A stretch of 64,000 nucleotides of DNA, from the NCBI GenBank assembly GCA_001817345.1, contig MHIE01000019.1:10380-74379 (forward strand). The letters are read 5' to 3'. Origin of the DNA: Candidatus Buchananbacteria bacterium RIFCSPHIGHO2_01_FULL_44_11. GTDB lineage: Bacteria > Patescibacteriota > Patescibacteriia > Buchananbacterales > UBA6539. Positions 27,985 to 34,839 of the stretch are shown piece by piece. The notes beneath the pieces were generated by a model that made no database searches, was not told the DNA's origin, and worked only from the letters and a program-made list of their open reading frames with translations. The translations under genes were made by a program, and so were the position numbers. The number at the start of each line of letters is the position of its first letter. Position 1 is the stretch's first letter.

Positions 27985-28371
27985 TGCGAGGAGTCCTAGT
28001 TGTGCCAAGTTGACGAAGCAATCTAGCTAATCCCAGTCGCCGCTCAAATCTTTCCAATCAGGATTACTAGAATTAATTAAATTAATCTTATCCTGCCGAG
28101 AACCACCTTTAATCTGCTTTTCCCTAGAAATAGCGGCGTTAATATCATTACATTCTTCAAAATAGACTAGCTTGTTGACATTGTATTTACTCGTAAAACC
28201 TTCGATCAATTTATTTTTATGTTCGTAGATTCGTCTTGCCAAATCATTAGTCACGCCAGCATAAGTCACCGTATTACCTTTGTTAGTTAACAAATAAACG
28301 TAATAGTTCCTTGCACCCATATAATAACTAGATTGCTTCGTCGCTCCTTGGGTCGCTCCTCGCAATGACAC
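27980..28371 (-). mobile_element. TIR-bounded element carrying a GIY-YIG nuclease gene, putative autonomous member of the gtcattgcgag MITE family
   Basis: Outer IR gtcattgcgagga / tcctcgcaatgac and perfect 15-bp inner IR gacgaagcaatctag / ctagattgcttcgtc exactly bracket the GIY-YIG ORF. It is inserted with 0 nt spacing between the VanZ-like gene and the GT4 gene. Confidence 0.55.
28027..28323 (-). CDS. GIY-YIG nuclease, YhbQ/UPF0213-like
   Basis: YVYLLTNKGNTVTYAGVTNDLARRIYEHK GIY-YIG motif and KLVYFEE...REKQIKGGSR. The ORF-track N-terminal extension (GTG at 28371) is read-through of the TIR; probable start at MGARNYYVY. Confidence 0.7.
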   Translation of the reverse strand, partial: YMGARNYYVYLLTNKGNTVTYAGVTNDLARRIYEHKNKLIEGFTSKYNVNKLVYFEECNDINAAISREKQIKGGSRQDKINLINSSNPDWKDLSGDWD

Positions 28372-29526
28372 TTAAGTTAGGCTTCTATAAAGTGCGTCAA
28401 GCTGCTGGCCAATTTTATCCCAGTCGTAATTTTGTTCAACTTTATTTCTGCCTTCCAGGCCAAACTGCTTAGCGACGCCCTGATTGACCAATAAGTAATT
28501 GATCTTGGTGGCTAAGTCATCCGGATCCTTGGGTTTGACTAAATAACCGTTGATTTTATCACTAACCACGCTGCGGACACCGGCTAAATTGGTGGCGACC
28601 ACCGGTTTAGCGCAACTCATGCCTTCGACTAAGGTCAAACCAAACGCTTCAGACTTATCAATGGAGGGCAAAACTACCACGTCAGCTAAATTGTAATACT
28701 GGGGTAAGTCAGAGTTAGCGACGTACCCGGTAAAAATTGTTTTGTAATCAATCAAAAGCTGACCGGCTAAGTCCGCATAATGTTTCTTTAGTTCCCCCGC
28801 TCCGACAACGACTAACTTCCATTTATAGGCCGCTTGTTTGAGCCGGCTCATCGCTTCAATCAAATACTCCACACCCTTAAAATAGTGGGCTTTATCCAAG
28901 CCACCGACAAATAAGACCACCGATTCGTCCAGTTCAATCTGATGCCGACTTAACAGCTCGGGATTTTTGGGGCTGGGTAAAAATTTTTGGCTATCAACGC
29001 CATTAGGCACTTCGATAAACTTTTGCGGACTTTTAGTCAAAAGACCGGCGATATTAGAATGCTGAGCATAGTCTAAAGACGTGACAATGACTTTATCAGC
29101 CCGGCGAATTATCCGCGGCAAAATGATTCTATTATGAACCCCAAAAAAAAATTTAAGCAGTCCCTGACCGACAACGTCCATGTGATAATGCAAAACAATT
29201 TTTGCCCCTGACTTTTTCAATTTTTTAGCGTGCAGCCAAATCAATTCCGCCCCGCCAAAATAAGGGTAATGCAGATGAATAATTTCAAAACCTTTAAGCA
29301 AACCGGCCAACCCGGGTGTAAAAGCGGCATTGCCGTATTTAATCAAGGGCTTCAGCCGCCTGATATTTAAATCCGGCAGCTCTTCTTGTTTAATCGGAGC
29401 ATATTCCGGAGTAAAAATAGTGACCTGATGGCCAAGCTTAATCAAAGCCTTGGCGTTATAAGCCGCCACATTACCAATACCGCCGGCATAGGGCGGAAAA
29501 GTTGAAGTAACAATAGCGATTTTCAT
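28372..29526 (-). CDS. Glycosyltransferase family 4
   Basis: MKIAIVTSTFPPYAGGIGNV N-terminus; C-terminal GT-B motifs. Confidence 0.8.
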   Translation of the reverse strand: MKIAIVTSTFPPYAGGIGNVAAYNAKALIKLGHQVTIFTPEYAPIKQEELPDLNIRRLKPLIKYGNAAFTPGLAGLLKGFEIIHLHYPYFGGAELIWLHAKKLKKSGAKIVLHYHMDVVGQGLLKFFFGVHNRIILPRIIRRADKVIVTSLDYAQHSNIAGLLTKSPQKFIEVPNGVDSQKFLPSPKNPELLSRHQIELDESVVLFVGGLDKAHYFKGVEYLIEAMSRLKQAAYKWKLVVVGAGELKKHYADLAGQLLIDYKTIFTGYVANSDLPQYYNLADVVVLPSIDKSEAFGLTLVEGMSCAKPVVATNLAGVRSVVSDKINGYLVKPKDPDDLATKINYLLVNQGVAKQFGLEGRNKVEQNYDWDKIGQQLDALYRSLT

Positions 29527-29689
29527 ACCCAGTAGTGAAACTTTGATTTAATAATTATATCGCCGGCAATAATAGCTAAATAAGGTTTACTCTACTATAA
29601 TAATTTTGCCTAGTAGTCTTTAACCGCCCGCTGTGGCGGGCGGTATTATCAAATTTTCACTACTGGGCATACCAATATATTAACATTTT

Positions 29690-30703
29690 TTAAAACAGTT
29701 GACCACCAATATTCCTGATCCGATTCACTAACTTTTTAGCGTTACCATGGCTTAGTAGCCCAAGATACGACTGAACCGTGTCAATATTCCCCTCTTTCAT
29801 TTGAACATTTCGGAGCATGCGCCTTTTTGTCGCCGTTCGAAGTATGCGATGGTCAAAAAAGTGTACCCACCCCAAAAAATCCACACCAGAGGTAATAGTT
29901 TTAATAAATAGCTTATCAGGATGTAATTCGAGCCGCAATTTGTCCATTAAAAAATTTCTCACCACCAGTAGAGTATTCTGAAGCCATATTTTATCATCAG
30001 ACAAAAAAACAAAATCATCTGCATAACGGATATAATATTTGACTTTAAGCTGGTGTTTTACGAACTGATCGAATTCATTCATGTAAACATTAACCAGTAG
30101 TTGTGAAGTTAGGTTGCCGAGTGGCAAGCCCCTGCCTTTTTCAGTTGAATTAAAACTTGAAACAATTTTGAAGATAAGCCAACGGATATCAACATCCGAA
30201 ATGTAACAACTAATGATTTCAAACAACACTGCTTGATTAATTGAAGCAAAAAATTTTTTAATGTCACACTTTAACACCCACACTGTTCGGGTATGGTTAA
30301 ATGATGCCTTATAGGCAAAATTTCGAAACTGACTAATTGCTTTATGGGTGCCTTTATCAAGACGGCACGAGTACGAATCGGCAATAAAAGTTTTATCGAA
30401 GAACGGATATAAAATTCTATAAATAGCATGATGTAGCAGTCTATCTCGTACGCTGGCTTTATGAATATTCCTTGGTTTGGGATCAGAAATATTAAACGCC
30501 TGGTATGGCGAGTGTTGATAGGTTTTATTTGCTAAATCTTGATAAAGTGTTAAGATATTAGCCATCAAATTCAATTCAAATTGTTGCACGTCTTTGTGTG
30601 ACCGCTTGCCGCACAAAAATTCCTTCCAGGCCTTGAGTAAATTCTCAGCCGAAATAATATCTTCGTACTCATTAGTAAATTGAAGCCTTCCCATATATGC
30701 CAT
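29690..30703 (-). CDS. Diversity-generating retroelement reverse transcriptase
   Basis: RT motifs PKPRNIHKASVRDRLLHHA, LPLGNLTSQLLVNVYM (the [IL]GxxxSQ variant typical of DGR RTs) and IRYADDFVFL (YxDD). 337 aa with no maturase/X domain. TR/VR pair lies adjacent. Confidence 0.85.
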   Translation of the reverse strand: MAYMGRLQFTNEYEDIISAENLLKAWKEFLCGKRSHKDVQQFELNLMANILTLYQDLANKTYQHSPYQAFNISDPKPRNIHKASVRDRLLHHAIYRILYPFFDKTFIADSYSCRLDKGTHKAISQFRNFAYKASFNHTRTVWVLKCDIKKFFASINQAVLFEIISCYISDVDIRWLIFKIVSSFNSTEKGRGLPLGNLTSQLLVNVYMNEFDQFVKHQLKVKYYIRYADDFVFLSDDKIWLQNTLLVVRNFLMDKLRLELHPDKLFIKTITSGVDFLGWVHFFDHRILRTATKRRMLRNVQMKEGNIDTVQSYLGLLSHGNAKKLVNRIRNIGGQLF

Positions 30704-30727
30704 ATTCTACCCCCCCACCCAGCGATT

Positions 30728-31090
30728 TTGCCAGTGTTACAAAAAATAAAAAGTGCTTATCTACTATGGTACGGCTACTACCAAACACTACCAAAAACCC
30801 AGCGCTATTCACTGGGTCAAAGAATTGATACGTTATTTATAGAGATTATCGAAGCGGTTGCCACCGCCAGTTTTTTGGTACGGCAGGAAAAAATACCCTA
30901 TGTTCGACGAGCCATCCAAAAACTCGACACGCTCAAAATACTGTTGATGGTATTGTGGGAAACAAAGACGTTAGACAATAAAAAATACATAGCTCTGTCG
31001 GCGCCACTAGATGAAATCGGTAAAATGCTAGGCGGCTGGAACGGCCAATTAGTAAAACAAAACTCCCTCGAAAGGCCGAGGGAGAAATAA
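30728..31090 (+). CDS. Avd-like accessory variability determinant (four-helix bundle)
   Basis: Basic ~120 aa protein. C-terminal ...LDEIGKMLGGWNGQLVKQN parallels Bordetella bAvd ...IAEVGRILGSWIARVNRK. It lies between RT and TR. No in-frame ATG; TTG (30728) or GTG (30734) start assumed. ORF-track start 30680 overlaps the RT start. Confidence 0.55.
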   Translation: MPVLQKIKSAYLLWYGYYQTLPKTQRYSLGQRIDTLFIEIIEAVATASFLVRQEKIPYVRRAIQKLDTLKILLMVLWETKTLDNKKYIALSAPLDEIGKMLGGWNGQLVKQNSLERPREK

Positions 31091-31098
31091 AGTCAGTG

Positions 31099-31232
31099 GC
31101 TGGGACGAGGAACAGGAATCCGTTCTCACGATTCCACCTGTCGTCGGGGTTGCCGTTGAATGTGTTCAACCAGCGACCATCGTCGTTACGGTTCAGACCG
31201 AGCAGGTTCAGGTTGCCGTTCGAGTCGGTAAT
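31099..31232 (-). repeat. DGR template repeat (TR)
   Basis: 134-bp homolog of 31591-31724. Carries A (on - strand) at all 22 mismatch positions. Encodes Asn(AAC)-rich ...SNGNLNLLGLNRNDDGRWLNTFNGNPDDRWNRENGFLFLVPA. Confidence 0.85.
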
Positions 31233-31471
31233 ATGTACAGTATGTCATCTATGCCACCGCCCCTTGAGTACTCTTAGGGTTGTATCGTATTTGGCATCGT
31301 AATGCCCTAACACACTGTACCAAGTAACTTCGTTTTTTAGCACCACATCCTACGCTATCTCAATCCGCCAACCGGCGGACGGAGATACTCTGAGATATAT
31401 GGATACTGGATTCGGTAGCGGAAAGCCTTAACTATCCGCATATTCACCTACTACCATTTTTAGTATAACAG

Positions 31472-31514
31472 AAAATAAATCACCCCGCATCTTCATACAA
31501 GACAGATGCGGGGC
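31472..31514 (-). terminator. GC-rich hairpin plus T-run 70-110 nt downstream of VR (terminator and/or DGR homing-associated stem-loop)
   Basis: ccccgcatc...gatgcgggg 9-bp stem followed on - strand by atttatttt. Confidence 0.4.
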
Positions 31515-31580
31515 GTTGTTCGGAAAGTCCAAGGACTAAATCCAAGGGTCAAAAAGACCCAAGAACCCAAGTCCAAAGGA

Positions 31581-32205
31581 CTAGTTACTTGCTGGGACGA
31601 GGAACAGGAATCCGCGCCCACGACTCCACCCGCCGTCGGGGCGGCCGTCGAAAGTGTTCAACCAGCGACCACCGACGCAACGGCGCAGACCGAGCAGGCT
31701 CAGGAAGCCGCACGAGACGGAAACCGGCTGGTGCATGACGATCAGAGCCCACAGCCCCATCTGTTCGAGGTCTTCGTCTGAGAACATCTCGCGCACATAC
31801 GGTGCCAACTCGACCGAGGGGTCAAGATAGCCGCGCTTGGCCGCCTCAACCCTGATATTCTCGTTGGTGCGTTTGTCGTCCTCGAACTCGTCGCCCATGA
31901 TAAGCGCAAGCTTGTAGGCCTTGCCGTCGGTGGCGACGAACTCTTTACCGCGAAGCAGTTCCTGGGCGTAGTCGTCGACACGATCACCCTGGACTTCGAG
32001 ATCGGTGATGTGCTGGTCGCCTGAACGACCGTTGGTCGTGACCTCAAAGGTCTTGGGTACGCCGAACGGATTTTCTCCGCGCAGGAATCGCTTCAAGCGA
32101 CGGAGCCACATCGTGCCTTTCGGGCCAGCGAGTTTGTCCTCGATATCTTTTCTCGGTCCCTGAGTGTCAGAGAGCGAGAGGTTGCCGAGCATACCTTGCG
32201 ACATG
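31581..32205 (-). CDS. DGR target (variable) protein, GC-rich, 208 aa
   Basis: VR is the last ~45 codons (...SCGFLSLLGLRRCVGGRWLNTFDGRPDGGWSRGRGFLFLVPASN*). AGGAGG RBS 6 nt upstream of ATG at 32205 and extended -10 TGgCATAAT. The ORF-track N-terminal extension into 32288 is not supported. Confidence 0.7.
31591..31724 (-). repeat. DGR variable repeat (VR) at 3' end of target gene
   Basis: 22 of 22 differences from TR fall at TR adenines. It ends 7 nt before the stop codon. Confidence 0.85.
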
Positions 32206-32283
32206 GTCAGTCCTCCTCTTCTTTCATTGAGATTATGCCAGCGGACTACTAGGTAGTCATAGCCAGAAAACACTGATCCACAT

Positions 32284-32365
32284 GTCATTGCGAGCGAAGC
32301 GAAGCAATCTCTTTGGTTGTAGATTGCTTCGTCCCCCGACGTAAAGTCGGGGTCCTCGCAATGAC
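32284..32365. repeat. Minimal (82 bp) member of the gtcattgcgag MITE family
   Basis: gtcattgcgag-cgaagcgaagcaatct...agattgcttcgtcc...cctcgcaatgac; the inner IRs are nearly juxtaposed. Located just upstream of the DGR target promoter. Confidence 0.5.
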
Positions 32366-32412
32366 ACGAAAAATGGGTGGCTTTTGGCTATGACTACTGT
32401 TTTTACAAGCTT

Positions 32413-32441
32413 GCCCCGTTAGAAATTTATTTCTAAACGGG
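32413..32441. repeat. Perfect 13-bp-stem palindrome ccccgttagaaat-tt-atttctaacgggg
   Basis: Seen directly; the same arms flank a 92-bp insert at 33685-33802. Confidence 0.4.
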
Positions 32442-32542
32442 GTAAATATATAATTAAAAAGAACTAATGACATAGTATACCATAACTAGACAATTATGTC
32501 AAATAAGCGGCCAAAATTAAAATATGGTAAAATGTAATTAAA

Positions 32543-33232
32543 GTGATTATGGCAAAAGAAATAACCCAGGACATCGAAAAATTCATAGAAAAACAAAGCG
32601 AACCGATGGCCGGCAGTCTGCACTTGATTGGCGCCATTCTAGCCATTGCCGCCCTGGTGATTTTGGTTAAGGCGGCCGCCGAAACCGGCGAACCGAAAAA
32701 AATTATCAGCTTCACCATTTTTGGCGTTGGTTTAATCTTGGTTTACGTTTCCAGCACGCTTTATCATCTCCTGTCTTTGGAACCGAAAACCAAAAGCGTT
32801 TTAAGGCGCCTGGATCATTCCATGATTTACCTTTTAATCGCCGGCAGTTATACCCCGATTTGTTTAGTCGCTTTACCCGGCAGCTGGGGCTGGAGTTTAC
32901 TTGGTGTAGTCTGGGGACTGGCATTGATCGGCATTTTAATTAAATCAAAAAATATCCAAATTAAAGCCTGGCTGTCCACAATCGTTTATCTAGCCATGGG
33001 CTGGCTAATTTTGATCGCTTTTGTCCCCCTCTTTAAAGTTTTGTCAACCGCCGGGATATTCTGGTTATTTGCCGGCGGCATCGCTTACACCTCCGGCACG
33101 ATATTTTTTGGCTTGGGAAAAATTCTGCCCCGAAAGAGTAAATTTTGGATGCATGAAATTTGGCATTTGTTTGTCATGGCCGGCAGTTTCAGCCATTTTT
33201 GGCTGATGCTCCAATACGTCGTTTATCTCTAA
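32543..33232 (+). CDS. Hemolysin III / PAQR family membrane protein
   Basis: Seven TM segments with DHSMIYLLIAGSYTP and HEIWHLFV motifs. Confidence 0.8.
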   Translation: MIMAKEITQDIEKFIEKQSEPMAGSLHLIGAILAIAALVILVKAAAETGEPKKIISFTIFGVGLILVYVSSTLYHLLSLEPKTKSVLRRLDHSMIYLLIAGSYTPICLVALPGSWGWSLLGVVWGLALIGILIKSKNIQIKAWLSTIVYLAMGWLILIAFVPLFKVLSTAGIFWLFAGGIAYTSGTIFFGLGKILPRKSKFWMHEIWHLFVMAGSFSHFWLMLQYVVYL

Positions 33233-33261
33233 AATCTAAACCCCTAGCAAGGGGCTTCTTC

Positions 33262-33338
33262 CTGTCATTCCGCACTTGATGCGGAATCTAGGGTTAATCC
33301 GTACAAACCCTGGATTCCCGCTTACGCGGGAATGACAC
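33262..33338. repeat. Cluster of three hairpins bounded by tgtcattcc / ggaatgaca
   Basis: ttccgcacttgatgcggaa, tagggtt...aaccctgg and ttcccgcttacgcgggaa stems. The first hairpin is a variant of the 18519-18545 hairpin (ttccggacttgatccggaa). Confidence 0.4.
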
Positions 33339-33420
33339 GGGGTGGGAATGACAAGAATAGCGTAAAAATATTAAAGCGATAGGCTAAAGTCTAGAATTTA
33401 TAACCCATCAAAAAGGGTCT

Positions 33421-33591
33421 ATGACTAATCAAAAAGAACAAAACGGCTGCTTTAATTGCGGCAATCAAAGACAAAATTTTATCCCCGGCTCAGTTGATGA
33501 CCATTGTCCCTATTGCGGCTTTAAAGAAGGCTGCTGCAATTATTACGAACCGATCGTTGAAAAAATCGAAATCGAATATGAATCACGTTAG
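33421..33591 (+). CDS. Small zinc-ribbon protein (56 aa; CxxC...CxxC...CC), not in ORF track (<60 aa)
   Basis: MTNQKEQNGCFNCGNQRQNFIPGSVDDHCPYCGFKEGCCNYYEPIVEKIEIEYESR. Confidence 0.3.
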   Translation: MTNQKEQNGCFNCGNQRQNFIPGSVDDHCPYCGFKEGCCNYYEPIVEKIEIEYESR

Positions 33592-33684
33592 AGGCCGCCG
33601 TCACCACCAGCCGGAAAGTAATAATAACTTGTAATTTTAATATAAGAATATTAATGCAGTAATGCGGTTAACGACTGCAACCTG

Positions 33685-33802
33685 CCCCGTTAGAAATTGT
33701 GGGTGCATAAAAAAATATTTATGAAAGTTGAGACTATTATAAAATTTATTACGGCCCTACCGCGACGAAAATCAGTCAGTCTACGTCTTATTTCTAACGG
33801 GG
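33685..33802. repeat. ccccgttagaaat / atttctaacgggg inverted repeats separated by 92 bp
   Basis: Same 13-bp arms as the compact palindrome at 32413-32441. Confidence 0.3.
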
Positions 33803-33817
33803 CCTGCCTCTAACGGG

Positions 33818-34765
33818 ATGAATAAAGACTTTTGGCAAAATCTCAAAAAACCGATTATCGCTTTGGCGCCGATGGACGGCTACACTGACAGCGCTTTCCG
33901 TCAAATTTGCAAAGAGGTTAATCCGGCAATTATTGTTTTTACCGAATTCACTTCCGCCGACGGCTTAAGCCATGGCGCCAAAACCCTGAAAGAAAAAATT
34001 GCCTTCGTACCCAGTGAGCAACCCATCATTGTTCAACTGTTTGGTAAAGAACCGCAAAAATTTGTTGAAGCGGTTAAATATTGTGAAGCGGCCGGTTTTG
34101 CCGGCATTGACATTAACATGGGTTGCCCGGCCAGAAAAGTCATCCGATCCGAACACGGCCTGGCTTTGCGCAAAGATCCAGAAACCGCTTTCCGGATTGT
34201 TGAAGCCGTGGCGAAAAACACTAAATTGCCCGTCTCGGTTAAAACCCGGCTCGGTTGGGACGGCAATTTGGACTTAGACAGTTTTGCCAAAGGCATTGAA
34301 AATGCCGGCGCTAATTTAATTACCATTCACGCCCGGTTTTTTAAAGAAGTCCGGTTTGGGCCGATTGACTACAACCCCCTTTACGAATTGAAAAGTAAAA
34401 TCAAAATTCCAATTATTGTTAACGGCGGCATTACCTCGCTGACCGATGGCCTAGAAAAAATCGGCAATTTGGACGGCCTGATGATTGGCCGGGCGGCTTT
34501 GGGCAATCCTTGGGTTTTTAACCTTAAACCAGTGACAAATTTCAGTGAAAAAATACCGGTCATTAAAAGGCACGCCGCTTACATGGTTAAAACTAAAGGG
34601 GCGAAGGCGGGAATTCTCCAGATGCGCAAACACCTTCTGGACTATGTGAGCGCCATGCCCCAAGCTAAAAATTTCCGGTCTCAACTGGCGAGAGTCAATA
34701 ATTTAAAAGAAATTGACGGCGTTTTAGCCGAGATCAAAACCAGTCTAGCCGCTGAATCGGCTTAA
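33818..34765 (+). CDS. dus: tRNA-dihydrouridine synthase
   Basis: IIALAPMDGYTDSAFRQICKE, GIDINMGCPARKV and IPIIVNGGI TIM-barrel Dus motifs. Confidence 0.85.
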   Translation: MNKDFWQNLKKPIIALAPMDGYTDSAFRQICKEVNPAIIVFTEFTSADGLSHGAKTLKEKIAFVPSEQPIIVQLFGKEPQKFVEAVKYCEAAGFAGIDINMGCPARKVIRSEHGLALRKDPETAFRIVEAVAKNTKLPVSVKTRLGWDGNLDLDSFAKGIENAGANLITIHARFFKEVRFGPIDYNPLYELKSKIKIPIIVNGGITSLTDGLEKIGNLDGLMIGRAALGNPWVFNLKPVTNFSEKIPVIKRHAAYMVKTKGAKAGILQMRKHLLDYVSAMPQAKNFRSQLARVNNLKEIDGVLAEIKTSLAAESA

Positions 34766-34839
34766 GCCACCTAAGCCAATGGACGGTTTTTGGTGAAAAT
34801 GTTAAAATTAATCTGGTTTTAGCCAATTAAATTACTTTT

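Noticed and set aside
27980-28371. gtcattgcgagg motif as a conserved protein N-terminus (it supplies GTG/ATG starts to the GIY-YIG, VanZ-like and DGR-target ORFs in the six-frame track)
   Set aside because: The motif occurs in both orientations, within non-coding copies, and always as an inverted-repeat pair. The N-terminal extensions it creates are unlike real N-termini of these families, so they are read-through artefacts of the terminal repeats.
29690-30703. Interpretation of the RT as a group II intron or retron RT
   Set aside because: No intron RNA domains or maturase/X domain. Motif 4 is LGNLTSQ (the DGR-type SQ) rather than QGxxxSP, and no retron-type VTG region is evident. A matching TR/VR pair with A-specific changes lies adjacent.
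30933-31169. 78-aa ORF on - strand overlapping TR
   Set aside because: It is simply the TR read in the target-gene frame (…FNGNPDDRWNRENGFLFLVPA) plus flanking noise, with no independent coding support. TR is expected to be non-coding.
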